Assembly (NCBI RefSeq): GCF_009914755.1
Contig: NC_060928.1
Strand: one strand, 5' to 3'
Origin: the human T2T-CHM13v2.0 reference genome, Homo sapiens
Length of the DNA: 64,000 nt
The notes below the pieces were generated by a model. It was not told the DNA's origin. It ran no database searches and saw only the letters and a list, made by a program, of their open reading frames with translations. Both the position numbers and the translations under genes were made by a program. This document shows, piece by piece, positions 42,962 through 57,827 of the stretch (position 1 is the stretch's first letter; every line of letters starts with the position of its first letter).

Positions 42962-44833
42962 AATAAGTGGACACGATTTTTTTCTACAAAATAAATTACT
43001 GTTGAGTGGTTATAAGGATTGTATGTTGGAAAACTCACTTTAAGGACATCTTGAGAGGAGATGCTAAAATGGGGCTAAATGGATTTTTCAAGAATGTTTT
43101 CATCAGGAAGATGTACTTGCCTCCTTTTATTGAGACACAGCCAATTGTCTTCTTACATTCTGTTAGACTAGTCAGTTTCTATGCTATTGTTAGCAAAGAC
43201 AAAAGAATGTACACCACAAAAAAGGACAATGATAGAGAAAGGAAGGCACTAAATCTTTTCCCTGGGGATCCTATGTACAATTCAAGGTATCTTTGTCCTC
43301 AGTCATATATAAAGCTGTATCCTGCACTTCAAAATGCCGGGAGCACAAAGTTGTTTCTATTTGCCGATTTCGCAGAGGAATTTGGAAAATCTAACTTAGG
43401 CAATTCAAGCATCTGCTCATTTATCTGAGGCCCAAGAACCCATCTCTACTTCTGTCTTTGTGTCTGGAATACTTTTGCAGGAGTTTCTGTAGGTTTAATA
43501 ATAAACTCTCTGCCCATCTTTACCTCTCAAGCATTAAGGGGAAACATTTCTTGGAAATTCTTGGACAGCAATTAAAAGAGCAGGCATTCTCTCTACCACC
43601 ATTTTCTGAGGAAATAGAAAGCTACTGTAGTCTCTCATATTAACTTTAATTGATTCATTCACATTCCATGTTATGCTAATCCCACAAGAAAGAGTGATAA
43701 GTTCTCAGTCTCAATATTTTTGTTGATTTAATATGATTATTAAAGTAAATTCTTCCAGGACTCCTTTTTACAGTCACATATATGTGATCTGGTACTTGCA
43801 GGCTGCAGCATCCTCCAGGCCATTCCCAAACAATCAACATGCGAATAGGTTTTCCAGGAAAGGCTTAAGATAGTTTGTAGTCTTGCCCTTGAATGTGATA
43901 TTGAAAAGTTCACAAATTAGACCTAAAGGAATCAAAATGCTGCAGCCTTAAAGTCTAGTGCCACCAGAACCAGAAATTTCAGTCCACAGTTTGTAGGGAA
44001 ATTTACATTTAAAGAGCGAGTGAAAACACTTCAGACAAAGAAAAGCAGATGGACTTCACAGCTCATTCTAGACTCTTGGGAGTCTGACTCTGGACAAGAT
44101 TATTTTTAGCAAGGCAGAGAAGGAAACTGGGATGTCCAGGTTAAAAGTAACAGTATTTAAAAAACTTGAATGAAAAGGCAAAAATAAAAAAGTAAAATTT
44201 ATAATTTTTTTTTTTCACACACACACACAAATCCCCCACATCTTCCTAATCCTGTACTCTATTGGAGTTGGGTCAGGAGACATGGACCCAACATGGGTTA
44301 TCCAAGAGCTCAGGTTCCCCACCAGGAACCTGAGAATTAAGCATTAGTTATAAACAGGACCTCTGCAACGGACTGAATTTTTCATCTCTTTCCTGGCTAA
44401 GGAATAGCCAAATCCCCAAATGATTCAGACTTCTGGTTAATTTCTTTACAGCCCATGCCCTAAGAGGATTTCTCTTATTAAGGTTAATGGCTTCTCAAGA
44501 GTGGTTTTCCTGTGCAAAATCTCCACTTGTTTTCGAGGGGTACGGATTTTATTCCGAAGAACCCTATTCCTAAGAGTCTACTTCAGTCTTTACATCTTTA
44601 TCCACCTGAACTCAGATAGCTATTTCATTTCCTTGAGATATTAAGCCTGTTCTGTTCTTTGGTTTCAATTTCTTTATCCTTGATAGCTTGTTTCAATAAT
44701 AGCCCCTGATTGGCTCATGCCTCCCAGTAATCCTGTCCTGGGGTATCCCATCACCTATTGACACTGGTCTTGGTCATATGACCTGCTTTGGCCAATAGGA
44801 CAATAGGAAACACAACTCATTCGGAAACTTTAA

Positions 44834-45187
<354 letters not shown>

Positions 45188-46606
45188 TGGGATGGTTTTT
45201 ATAAAGCTAAAGCCAACTGATACATTACTTAAAATTGGAGGTAATAGTATCTACCAATTTCATATGGTTGTTAGTGTGAGTTAAACAAATTAACGGTGCG
45301 TGACACATAGGAAGTGTAAATATAAGTTTTCATTATTGTTATTATCTGTGTGATTTGAACGCTACACACCTTTGGCTGATTCAGCTGTAGGTTAAGAGCG
45401 GGGCTTTCACAGGTGTCTACCAGTAAGATCTTTCTAACTTCACTGTGTTATAAGTTTAGGGTGTCCCAGCTTGACTCAAGGTAAGCTTCTCTCCAGAATC
45501 ACAGAGGGAGGAAGTCTAGTTAGTTGTCAGCCAGGCCACTGGCGTTTAGTCATAGTGTGTTTCTGGTCATCTCTTGCAGTTACAATTCCCTTCGTCAGGA
45601 GAAATGCTCAGAAATCCCATCAAAAAATAAACTAAAACACCCTTAAATGCTTAAGTAGCAATTATGTATATTGTATTTGTTAGGAAATATTTCTGCCAAC
45701 CTTTCAGACCACAGTGACAATGGCTTATCAGCTGGAGTTCATCTACCAGATCCTTTTAGACTCATTTACTTTCCAGAAATACTGTTTCTCTGAAAATATA
45801 TTTCCTTTGGTAATAGAATGGGGTCCTGGTTCCTCTCCCCTGAAGGCACAGGGGCATACCTGTAACATCTCACTTTTGTATTTTCTCTTTAAGTCAAATT
45901 GGGTAAAGCAGAAGCTCCCAGGTGGGCATTTATAATACAGCTGGAGATCAGGCAAATTGCTTATTTCCTCATCTATAAATAATGATCTCTAAGGTCTCTT
46001 GCAGCTTTGAAATTTGATTTCTCAGAGTATTCTGCAAATGTTATATAGGAGATCATGCAACTGGAGACACCTAGAGCATGTCTAAAAGCTTTTTTAAATC
46101 AACCAAGCAGCAGAAGAGAACCTGTTTCACTTAACAGTGACAGTGGCTGTGTGTATTTACAGAAAGCATCTCACTCTAAGTTGGAATATTTTGGCTGGGT
46201 GCTTAGGGTATGCAGAACTACGAAGTGTGTGTATAAGGAAGGGTGTGTGTGGGTGGCTATTGGGGCCTTGGGGTTGCAGAGGGGAGCGGGTTTTCTTCTT
46301 TACTTTTGTCCTGGTTGCTTCTCTCCAGTTGGGTAGATTATTAACAACAACAAAATTGTTTCACATATTTATAACCTTTTTCTTAACTTGTTTTAATGGT
46401 AATATTCACCATGAGTAATTATGTGTCATATATGTACATTATTTATATAGCCGTGTTTCAATCTATTTGATGCAAGGTAAAGTTCATGTTGTCTGAATAA
46501 TAAATCATAGAAATAACTTTTAGCAGCTACTCACTCCAACCTTGGTAGTTTTACAAATGAAAAAACTGAGCTTCAGAGTGATTAATCATTGTATTGAAGA
46601 TAACTA

Positions 46607-46907
46607 GGCTGGGTGCGGTGGCTCACGCCTGGAATCCCAGCGCTTTGGGAGGCTGAGGCGAGCAGATCGCTTGAGCCCAGGTGTTCAGGACCAGCCTGGG
46701 CAACATGATGAAACCTTGTCCCTACAAAAAATTAGCTGGGCACGGTGATTCCCACCTGTAGTCCCAGCAACTTGGGAGGCTAAGGCAGGAGAATCACTTG
46801 AGCCCAGGGAGGGGGACTGAGGGGAGGATGTTGCAGTGAGCCAAGATCGCACCACTGCACTCCAGCCTGGGCGAGAGGAGTGAAATCGTCTCAAAGGAAA
46901 AAAAAAA
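46607..46907 (+). mobile_element. Alu (J/S-type) inserted in a MIR relic
   Basis: ggctgggtgcggtggctcacgcc start, TSD a(a/g)ataactag, and a short G-rich insertion near 46810. Confidence 0.9.
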
Positions 46908-48502
46908 TAACTAGTCAGTGACCAAGGGAGAGCTAGAACCCTGGCCTTCTGACAACTAGCTCAAGCCAGTGTTTATTCTTTTTGGGTTGTTCTCATCTGC
47001 TGGAGTCAGCCACAGCCAGCAAACATTTTTTGAGCCTCTACTAACACCAAGTATTTTCTGAATAATGAGGCAAGGCCTCTGCCCTGGAGGAGCTTGGAGG
47101 CTTGGGAGTGAGTCAGCCATGAAAACAAAGTCAATTTGTTATGCTAGTCCCTTATGTATACATTGAAATACTTCTGGGGCAACTTTACTATCTACACCTA
47201 CAGTCTCTTTAATATTGTAAATTGTTGTAGTTGTTTTTGGTTTGTATTTTTGTTGTTTATACACAGATAATATACTGAAGCATTCTTCTAGACTATGTAA
47301 AGATAAGGCAAGAATAACAACTGTTGCCCAAATTAAACTTAGCGATAGGCTTATTTAGGGTGTTAAAGCTCCAAGTACCATATATTTGCTATTTTTTTTC
47401 CTGTCATCGCAGGGGAAAGAGAGATGAGGGCTCTCTGTGGCATCATGACTATTTAATCTAAAAGAACAACCATTTACAGACATATGAGGAATTTTTTTTC
47501 TTTCCAGGATCATCATTACAGTTCAAAAGATTTTGCTGTTTTATATTCAACCTCAATTCTGGCTGAAAAAGGACAAATTTGTTTCTTTTAAAATATTTTA
47601 AAGGTTTTTCAAGATGGATTTAAAATATGTTGACTTCTTTTAAGTTAGGCAATTTTTTCCCAACAACTTTACAAGTAAATTCAGGATCAGCACTCACAGT
47701 CCCAATGCCACAGGAAGATTAAAGAAATAACAGTTTATACAGATGCCCACACTCCTCTTCAATGTGCACATTGGAAAGCAGGTTTAAATATAATTTGAAC
47801 ATAAATACAAATGATTCCCTGTATGAAAGTCACTATGGTTTCCATTTGAAATTACCCAAGTTCTAGAGCTGTCCCGCTGGCAAGCGGCTCTACAGGAATT
47901 ACCACGGACACTGCTTCTTGATACATATCTTGCTTTCTGTTTTGCTTTGGCTCTAAATGCCAAATATAAAAATCATGTCATTTTCAGTTTCCTTTAAGAA
48001 ACGGACCCTTGATTGTCATGAAGAGTCCACTGGAGGTTACTGTCTGGAATCCTGCACCCACCCACAGCTGAGAAAGAAAAAAATATTTTGAAAACAATTC
48101 TAAAAGAAAAATAAGAGGTGGAAAAGCTTAGGTACCAGGCATTCACACTTCATCATTCCTTGTACAGTGTTGACCGGACTACTTGCCTGGTCCCAGACCA
48201 GTGTTCAGCACCGGGGAGATGTAGTGGTGAGCAGGACAGAGAAGGCCCCCAACTGCTCTGAGCAGGTGAAGGAAGACAGACAATTAAATGAGCAATTGCA
48301 ATGGCATGTGGTGAGTTTCACAGTCAGGCACAGCTTCCCTAGCTGCATGATAGAATCATCTAAGGGTGACTAAGTATAAACCTCTGGGGATAAAGCCCAG
48401 CTTTGCAGCATTAGGAACATACCACAGGTAATCTACCATGCAGTAAATGTGGAGAAGCCCTGGGGAGGGTAAATGCAGGATGCTATGGGACTACGTGGTA
48501 GG

Positions 48503-48689
48503 GCAGTGACTCTCCATCCTTAGCCAGCATCAGAATCACCTGTAGGCTTCTTCAGTACAAACTGCTGGCCTCCACCATCAGGGTTTCATAGGTCTAGGGA
48601 AGCAGGAGGTTAAAAATATGCATTTCTAGTGAACGCCCAGGTGATACTGATGTTGTTGGTCCCAGGACCATACTTTGAGAATCACTGTG
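48503..48689. mobile_element. MER5A-type MITE
   Basis: cagtgactctc...gcatcagaatcacctg...gaccatactttgagaatcactg. Confidence 0.7.
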
Positions 48690-50440
48690 CTAGGAATAAC
48701 GATCCTACTTCAGGGAGCTGTAATGAGTTTCCCAGAGGAAGTGATGTTTAAGGTAAACTGCAAAGGCTGAGTTGGGATGAGGGAGGTGTGTGAGAATATA
48801 TGAGTGTTTGAGTGTTTGTGGTGGTGGTGGACAAGAGAAGCTGGAAGGAACTGTTTTACAGAGAGAGGAAAGCTGAGCAAGGGCCTGGATATAGATTTGA
48901 GGAGCTGAATGAATGTTCGGCCTAGCTGGCTTCAACTAGGTCACGGGGGCAGCATAGTCCCACTGAGGAATTTCGGTTACCTTTTAATGGTTAAGTGGGA
49001 ATAGGATGTGATTAGATTTGTGTTTTTGTAAATCTGCTGGGATTACATTACTGAGCATGGGTTGGGTTGAAGTTGGCAAAACTGGAGAAAGTCTAGTCAA
49101 GAAGCTTCTGCAGTTTTCAAGTTAAAAATATGATAGTTTCCACATGGATGGTAGCCATAGGGAAGGAAAGAAATGGACAGATTCCAGAGGCATTCGAGAC
49201 AGAGTGAATAGGATTTGGTGATTGATTTAAGGTAGAAGAGGAAGGAGATCAGAGTGAAAGCTGGATATCTGGGTTTGGCTACTAGATGTTAGTGGTGCCG
49301 TTCCCACAGGTGTTAGAGTGAGAAGTGGTAGGGGATTATGCATTGCGACACGCTGAGACTTTCAAACAATCATTCAGAAGATAGGTGGATGTATGGGTTG
49401 GAGTACAGTAGGAGTGGGAAATGAATTTGGGAAGTTATCAGCGGGGGCCTACAGAATGAGCAAGGAGACAGAAAAATGGAAGAAAGCATGGAGCCATGAG
49501 TTTCTTGGTTTTTGGAGATATTTTTGTGGCTGAAGTTGAGACCATCGTGTTCATTGTAGGGTAAATGATTGCTATTCAGTCACATGTCTTAGAAATGTGG
49601 TTGGATAAAATAAATGTAAGAGAGGGGTTTTCTTATGGGTGTCTATGAGGGTCTATGTATACATGACGTGAGATTGCTTCCTCTTCTTACATCTACGAGA
49701 AGGGCTCTTAATTTTCTTTCCTTCTCATGTAGCTGGAGGAGAAGAGCTCTGCAGTTTACTACAAAGAGGCCAAGTGAGGGTGACCACTGGGAGAGGGGAG
49801 AGACTACATTACGTGGAGGAAATTTGTGGTTCTCAAATGCTGAGCTCTAAATGTGTCATCTAATCTAAGGGTATCATGTCTGCCCTTGATTGCTAGGAAA
49901 ACACTAGAGTTCTAGGGTAAGACATTGGGTGAAGCGAGGTGGGGATGCCTTTTTGTTTTTCCATCCATATGCGACTGCAGGATGTACAGCACACTGTTTG
50001 TTACTTGGGCCAGTACCTATATCAAGAGAGGACATTGGATTTAAAAAAGAAAAAGAAAGTTCTACCCTCAGGGAACTTATTTAATAAGGATGTAATGTGA
50101 CATTTTAAAATCAAGACTCTCTGAAACAGTACATAATGTAGTTGCAAACAATGTAGTTTGATATTAATGGTATGTAAATGAGTTAATATGGAATAAATAA
50201 ACACATAAAAACAACCCACAAAACCCCATCCTAACTGTTTTTCTAGCATTTAGACTCGACACGGTAGTGCTTTCATTTTCTTCCAGAAAAGGACAGTGGC
50301 ACCTGGAACGCTGTCACCATCCCCTCTTTGACGCACAGAAACCCCATCCACAATTCCTATCGTGGGTCCTGGCCTTCCCTTTATCCCCGCAGCCCCTTTC
50401 GGCTTTTTGAAATGCTCAGGGCGGTGCACGCTGGCGTGTG

Positions 50441-50460
50441 CTGCTGCCACCTAGAGGGCG
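50441..50460 (-). promoter_or_regulatory. Candidate CTCF site
   Basis: The minus strand reads CGCCCTCTAGGTGGCAGCAG, a close match to CCASYAGRKGGCRS, in a locally CpG-retaining patch. Confidence 0.6.
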
Positions 50461-51463
50461 GGTGTGAGAATGGAGCCTCCCCTTCTGTGTTTATGAATCC
50501 CCACGCAGAAATGCAGAAGTAACCAACCTTTCTGTGTTTTAATCTCCTCCTTATTTATATTTTTCTTACCTCCTCTCATTTTTTTGTTCTTTCATTTTCT
50601 TCCATTTTTTCTCTGGGTGTAGGGATGTGCAAACATTTTTCACAACATTACAAACTCAAAATGTTACTATCTGAACAATGTCTTTTCTTGAGGCATCAGT
50701 GGTTAAATACTGTTTCCTGCGGGAGTGTGGGGATGTTTCTCACTGTTTTACCACCAACGATTTAGGCTGGATAAGGTATGAAAACTTATAGGGCCCAATG
50801 AGAAACAGAACTGGGTCCTTTCACACATGAAAATAATATTTTATAGACATTGTGCTTTCTCTTTTTGTTTCTGTTTTAAGTGACTTACCCATTTTAATGT
50901 GAGAATATGCCTTACTGATTTAGAAACATTTTTCTTTGCAGACTTGACACCATCCTTCACAATCAAACTTCGCATGGCTAAAATGTCAAACCATGGTGCT
51001 AACCCACTCTATCAAACTATATAGTACTAACTAAAGAGCTATAACACATTCTCTACTGGAATGCCATCTCCTTCATGCTTTAAAGGAGAGATGACTAGAG
51101 TGAATTAAATAAAATGAGAAACCTTCATTTTTACAGCCATTTGCCTTTTCACATCAGGCAGAACTTGATCCTTATTCAGTTCCCAAAAAGCCCGAAGTGG
51201 TGTGTGCCATTTGTGTGTAACTGCCACTAAGTTTTATATGGATTTGATGAATTTCACATCTCAGCTTGGGACTCCATATAGTTAATGCTTTTTAATCAGA
51301 GTATTTTAATCAATAACATGATTAGGGAAGAATCAATAGCAAATACTAGCTTTTCTAGTGTATCATACATGATGAAGGCCTAACCTGGGGAAATAACTTC
51401 CCTATCCACCTCTGAGTATTGTCTTTAGGATCCAAGAGGGTAAGAAGAAAGATGTGCTCTTAC

Positions 51464-51611
51464 CATTGTCATTGCCTTGCTTGATTTCCTCCGCTGTCCG
51501 GTCTATCAATACATACAAAGACCAAACCACACAGGTGATTGCGATTACGTGGAATGTGACAGAGCAGAATATTTTCCTCCTTTCACTTGTGGTCATCTGT
51601 AGTTTCTCCCA
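51464..51611 (-). CDS. MARCHF1: MARCHF1 penultimate coding exon: DIRT region and TM1 ([49 protein letters not shown])
   Basis: Lies within ORF 51402..51617. Acceptor ttgcag, donor GTAAGA, 148 nt, in phase with the last exon. The upstream RING-CH exons lie beyond the window. Confidence 0.95.
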
Positions 51612-51815
51612 CTGCAATCAGAAATGAAGGACACAAAACTGAATTGCAAACTAGGAAATTTTGCTCCTCTTTTATTTCCCAGACATAGATCATGAATGGA
51701 AGAAAAACAGTAAATATCTGCAATTTCAGATGACACTGTAATATTCAAATAAGTCTTCATGTTTAGAGAGATATGAAATTATAACCTAGAGAGTTACATA
51801 TAACTTAAATACATA

Positions 51816-52141
51816 TGTGTGTATGTGTGTGTGTGTGTGTGTGTGTGTATTTTTTTGAGACAGGGTCTCACTCTGTCGCCCAGGCTGGAGTGCAGTGGCA
51901 CAATCTCAGGTCACTGCAACCGCTGCCTCCCAGGCTCAAGAGAACCTCTGCCTCAGCCCCCAGAGTAGCTGGGACTATGGGTATGTACCACCATGCCTGG
52001 CTAATTTTTTTATGTATTTGTAGATATGGGGGTCTCACCATGTTGCCTAGGCTAGTCTCAAACTCCTGAGCTCAAGTAATCCACCCCCACCTTGTCCTCC
52101 CAAAGTGCTGGGATTATAGGCATGAGCCCCTGTGCCCGGCC
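51816..52141 (-). mobile_element. AluJ-type SINE whose tail has become a (TG)n/(CA)n microsatellite
   Basis: (TG)n at 51816-51848 adjoins the Alu. The degenerate TSD taacttaaatacatat / taactcagatatatat encloses both. Confidence 0.9.
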
Positions 52142-55100
52142 TAACTCAGATATATATTAAATTGCAAACAAAAATAATTTTCTATTCTCCAAATGAATTA
52201 AATCAAGTCATTTCTGTTTTGCAAGTCTATAGTTTCCTCATCTGTACCAAGAATGAGATAGCTTTAATATTGAACAATTAAAAACTTTCTTTTCAGGATT
52301 CTGCCTATCACTTCCTTGTGGTACTAGGTTATACGTAGTAATAGGTAACACTATCTTCTTGGATTATCACACAACTGGACATAGTTTTACATTCTTGAAT
52401 GTATAAATTTAATAAGTATTTGAATGACCGAATGATACCTGCAAGAGAAAGTCAACATTTTCTGTTCACAACTATTATAGAAAAACAAATTTTATCACTT
52501 GGGCGATACTAGAAAATCTGCTGAAGCCTCTTTTAGAGCAACCTTTAGTTGCTGCTACCATAAGGGTTGTAACTACTGTGACGACCGCTGTCCTTTAATC
52601 ACACTCCTGAGAAAGTTGAGGGCTGCTCCCTCAGTCTGGGAGAGGAAGAAGGCCGCAAGTTTTATTGAAGTTATGGTCTCCATAAGGGAATATCTCCCAT
52701 ATTTACTTTGAAGAAATAGCCTCTCAAAATATATTTTAATGTCTTTGTAGCTACAGTATCACTTCATTATTATGTTAGGAATTGTGTTTTTATTTTTCTT
52801 TGCATTCTTTCCATTAAAAAATTACAGTGATTTTATTAGACGTGAACTGACATGCCAAGCTTTTAATAATCTAGGATTCTTTACATTATTACGCCCTCAC
52901 TAAAGCAAAATCTTCAGAACTTCAGAAGACCCCATTCCTTCCCCACCTGACCATCCCACATGTGGATTTCAATGCACAACCCAAAAACAAGATGGCGTAC
53001 ATTGTGGTACATAAAGTCCTGTCTCTGCCACCAGCTTTGAGACGTGGTTAAAATCATGTACTCTCTCTGGGCCTCACTGCCTCGTCTTCATGAGGAGCAG
53101 ATTTCAACAGAGGCTGTGACAGAGGTGGAGAAGAGAATAACCATTCTTCACTTCTTCTGTTAACAAACTAATTCATTAGAGTCGGCATTGTGCCCATCTT
53201 AAAGCTGCCTTTCCAACCTTTCTTGGCTCAGGTGTACATTGATTATTTTCCAGCAATGAGATGTGAGCCAATATCTAGTGGGACATTAAGTTTTTGCCTT
53301 TCTAATGTAGGTATTGTCCTTTCCTTCATTTTCTGCTCTTTGCTACCTGGAATTCATAATTAAGTGGGAGAGTGTTCATCTTGCAATCTTGAGGAAAAAT
53401 CTTGAGAACTGGAGTTTTCTCAGCCCAATCAGCAACAGCTTGCCTTTGGCCATCCTGTTGTCTTCCTGATTAAGCCATTATTTCCCAGGTCTCTGCCACT
53501 TGCTGTCAAATGCAATTATTGGTAAAAGAATTAAATAGATACTTCCTAGCTTCTCTTCCAGTCTATGGAATAAGAGCCTATAATTTCATTTGCAAGAGAG
53601 CATGATACTTCAAGTATGACCTTGATGCTCTAGAGCAGTTTAAACATTTTAGAGAAAGAAATATTTTATTTACAAACACCATCCCTTCCTCTCCTCCTAC
53701 TGGCCAATCATCATGTAATTTTCCTTGAAGGAGTTTGTTAGAGTTAATTAAAAATTCATTCTTTATCTTGTACTTTGTTTTTTATCAAACTATATTTATA
53801 TATTATTCTAAGCATAACAAAGGGTAAATATTAATAATGTGATTAAGGAATAAACAGATGTTTCAATTTAGACTCTATTTTGAATTAATCAGTCTTGAAC
53901 TGAGAAGATTTTAATGTTAATTGAGTTTTTTCAAAACCTCATGTCCGTGCAAGATTGATTTTTTAAAAATCCTGTTTTGGCTTTGGTTTATTGTAGTATT
54001 AATCTGAATAACACATATAATCATAGAATATTATTATTTGGCAATAGCATTTTGCAATTTAATAAATATTCCTTGAATTACTTCAGTATTTAATACAGAC
54101 AGATAAAAAGTGGAAGCTGGTATGGAAAAACAGCTTCACATTTTTAAAGTTTCTGTGTTGCAAGTGGATAGAATACTTGCAGTAACGAAATATTCATATC
54201 AAATCAACCCTCAATTATAAAATTGGCTTAAAATACTATTAAAATTGGGACTTCTTCTATCTATGGAGCAATTTGATTAAATGGCTGGAACACTATTAAA
54301 AAGTAAGGCTCCTCAAATAGAAAAATATCAGTGGGGCTGACAAGAATGGACCAAATCATTTGTAAAGATTGATCTAGTTCCAGACAATAGAAGCTCTGAA
54401 GTTGTCACTTCTAAATCGCAGTTAACATTCTAAGGAGAAGTGAAGCATAAGGGAACCATCCACGTTTTCCACTTTATAAATCCTTACAGGAACCATTTAG
54501 AAACTCACTAGACAGCACACAAGTAAATGTAATGCCACAGTGCCCTCTTCCTAACGACTACATTACTGCATGCAATATTCAGTAAATGGCGCTGGCAGAA
54601 ATCAATGTATTTTATAAACCTTTCCCTTCATATTGTCTTTTCAGGTTTGTTTACAAAATTTCAGTATGTTTTGCAAGCCTTACTAAGAATGAGAAATGGA
54701 GAGGATAAGGATAGAAATCTTATTTTAACAAAGCTGTCATGAAAGTGCCTTCAATTAATATTCATGATGCTGAAATTCAGTGGCAGTTCACAAAAGATTT
54801 CGTGATAGGCAAGTGATAATCTGTGAAACTTTTCATAGCATTTCTGCTCCCCTGTCCTGCTTTACCAAATAACGTGTGACTTATGGCCCTGTTACCAGGA
54901 GTATATTGTTACCATGGTTACACCTCTAGAGAAGGTTGTTCCTGAGAAGATCCTCTTCAGGTCCCCAAAGTGTGGTCCCTGATCAGCCTCAGCAGTGCCA
55001 GCCTCACTCAGGCACGCTACACGCGCCCACCACCACGCCTGGCTAATTTTTTGTAAATTCTTGAGCTCCGCTTTGGAGATGACTCTATGTTAGTTTTTCC

Positions 55101-55810
55101 CACATGCCCCCTAGAAAATACAAACTATTGCCTTGTCAGTGATGAAGTAAAGTTTCTTTTGCTTATTGCTTGGGCCTGAGTCGAATATTTTATCCTCAAG
55201 TCTCTCGGTGTTGAGAAGACGTTATCTCTCCAAGGGGTCTCAAGGAAGCTGGTGGAAATGGTAAGACGGCAGCTCCCTTTCCCGTTTCCCAAAGGTCAGG
55301 GAGAAGGAACGCACGACAGCACATACACCACCATACTTTTCACCAATGTCTACACTGCCGACCCTCTGATCTGCCCTTCCTTAGTCTTCAAGTTCTCCTT
55401 TATACCTTGAAGATGGGGGATGAGCTAAGATTAGGCAAAAGTAGTTTCACAAAATCTTAGCACTTCCTGCATAGGTAGTCTTGAACCTCGCTTTGGACTT
55501 TACAGTCCCTGGGCCTTTGGTGCCTGTTTTACTGTTCTTGCTTTTGATTTTTTTTTTTTTTGCAGAAGCCACTAAACAATAGAAAGAAATCCAACAGAAC
55601 TCTATTATTCACTTAGAAAAATATGACTGTATGTTTTTTCTGAATTGTAGTATAACTTGATGCAAACATTGTTTCTGTGAAATTGTCTATTTGATGAAGT
55701 TAAATCAAACTTTGCATGATAGGGTCAGGTTTTCTAATTCAAATTACTTGCATTATATTCTGTCCTAAAATATAAATTTAAAAGTACTGCCCACAGAAAA
55801 GTGTTGTTTA

Positions 55811-56251
<441 letters not shown>

Positions 56252-56325
56252 CTATGGTTTCCAGCTTCCGTAACAGTCACGTGACCTAGAGTTTTCAATC
56301 TATAGAATGATAGACCAAAAAATTA

Positions 56326-56339
56326 CCACCAGGTGGCGC
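56326..56339 (+). promoter_or_regulatory. Candidate CTCF site (perfect core)
   Basis: CCACCAGGTGGCGC is an exact fit to CCASYAGRKGGCRS. Confidence 0.65.
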
Positions 56340-56670
56340 CAGGCCCAAACAGTAGCTAGTACGGTAGCCCTTTTTTTTTTTTTTTGGTACCGCCAGACCC
56401 AGGAGCTCCCAGCCGGCCAGGTGTGCAGGTTCTTCCTGTCATTTTGCATAAATGCAAAGCCACATTTTAATTGTTTACTGGCTCTGCCTGTCATATTGGA
56501 TTTTGCTGCAGACGAGCGAAAATAATACCTGGAACAGCAAGTGTAAAGGTTATCACATTATTTACATGCCTTAGTAAGATATGTTGTGCTGGAGGATAAT
56601 AAGTAAACCTTTTAAAAATCCTTGGACTTGCTATGCTGGAGAAATTTCTAGAGGACCCATTCATATGAAG

Positions 56671-56853
56671 CAGTGGTTCTCAGTGTTCCCCAGTAGCAGA
56701 TGCAGCAGCAATCAGGAAACTTGTTAGAAACCCAGTATTTTGAGCCCCACACCAAACTCACGGAATCAGAAACTCTGGCGATGGGGACCCTGTAATGTGC
56801 TTTAACAAGCCCTCAGGTGATTCCGATGCAAGCTACAGTTAGAGAACCACCTG
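56671..56853. mobile_element. MER5A-type MITE
   Basis: cagtggttctca...cttgttagaaa...gaatcagaaactctgg...gagaaccac. Confidence 0.7.
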
Positions 56854-57486
56854 CCTAAAGGATGACACTTAGCAGAGTTGCACGGTGACCTCCGTGGAGT
56901 TTATATCAGAAGTAGTACTTGTCACTCCCTGTCATGAACTAATTAGTAGTCCAGGAAAGGGTAATCAACAAATGAGTTTTGTTTTCTGGCTGTGATTTAA
57001 ATATTTCAGGTCGACTGAAAAAAATTACATAATTCATTTATTTGAACTGAAATGATTCAGAGTTAGCTCATTAATCACTAAAGCAAACTTTCATTTTTTG
57101 TTTTACTTTTCAAATTAGTGTTTAGGTAACATAAAAGCCTATTAAAATCTAATTATATTAGTAACAATTTCAAATACTCTGGGAGAGAACTAAACAACAG
57201 ACTCTTAATTATGAGGAGTAACTCTTGAACCTTAATAAATCTTTAAGTTCAGAGGTATGCCTATGGTAAATAATTTCCCTCTTAAAAATGTATTTTAAAA
57301 GACCAGCAGAAAAATTTGACCTCTGCAGACCTTTAGTGAAATTTGCTACAAAACTGATGATAGGGAGGAAACAACAAAGCCAGGTAGGTGGTAGGCAGCT
57401 GGTAAAGTTCACTAGTTAAGGCACTCACTGTTGGACACAAATCAGGAAGTGTACACAAGTGCAAACTTGTTCTCTCAGAATTACAG

Positions 57487-57827
57487 TAATATAGTGGCTG
57501 TGTCCCCACCTAAATCTCATGTTGAATTGTAGCTCCCATAATTCCCAAATGTTATGAGAAGGACCTGGTAGGAGATAATTGAATCATCAGGATGGCTTCC
57601 CCCATACTGTTCTTGTGGTAGTGAATAAGTCTCACGAGATCTGATGGTTTTAGATCATGAGGTCTCTCTCTTGCCTGCTGCCGTGTAAGACATGCCTTTC
57701 ACTGTCTGCCATGATTGTGAGACCTCCCCAGTCATGTGGAACTATGAGTCCATTAAACCTCTTTTTCTTCATAAATTACCCAGTCTCAGGTATGTCTTTA
57801 TGAGCAGTGCAAAAAGGGACTAATATA
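57487..57827 (+). mobile_element. THE1 (MaLR) solo LTR
   Basis: ggctgtgtccccacctaaatctcatgttgaattgtagctcccataattccc ... gagtccattaaacctctttt ... ggactaata. Confidence 0.88.

Noticed and set aside
42098-43428. 149-aa and 140-aa ORFs antisense to MARCHF1
   Set aside because: Low-complexity F/L/S/C-rich or unremarkable composition, with no recognisable domain or splice context.
54575-54597. Third CTCF-like sequence tcagtaaatggcgctg
   Set aside because: Mismatches at highly conserved core positions (no CC start, AA instead of AG), so too weak to call.
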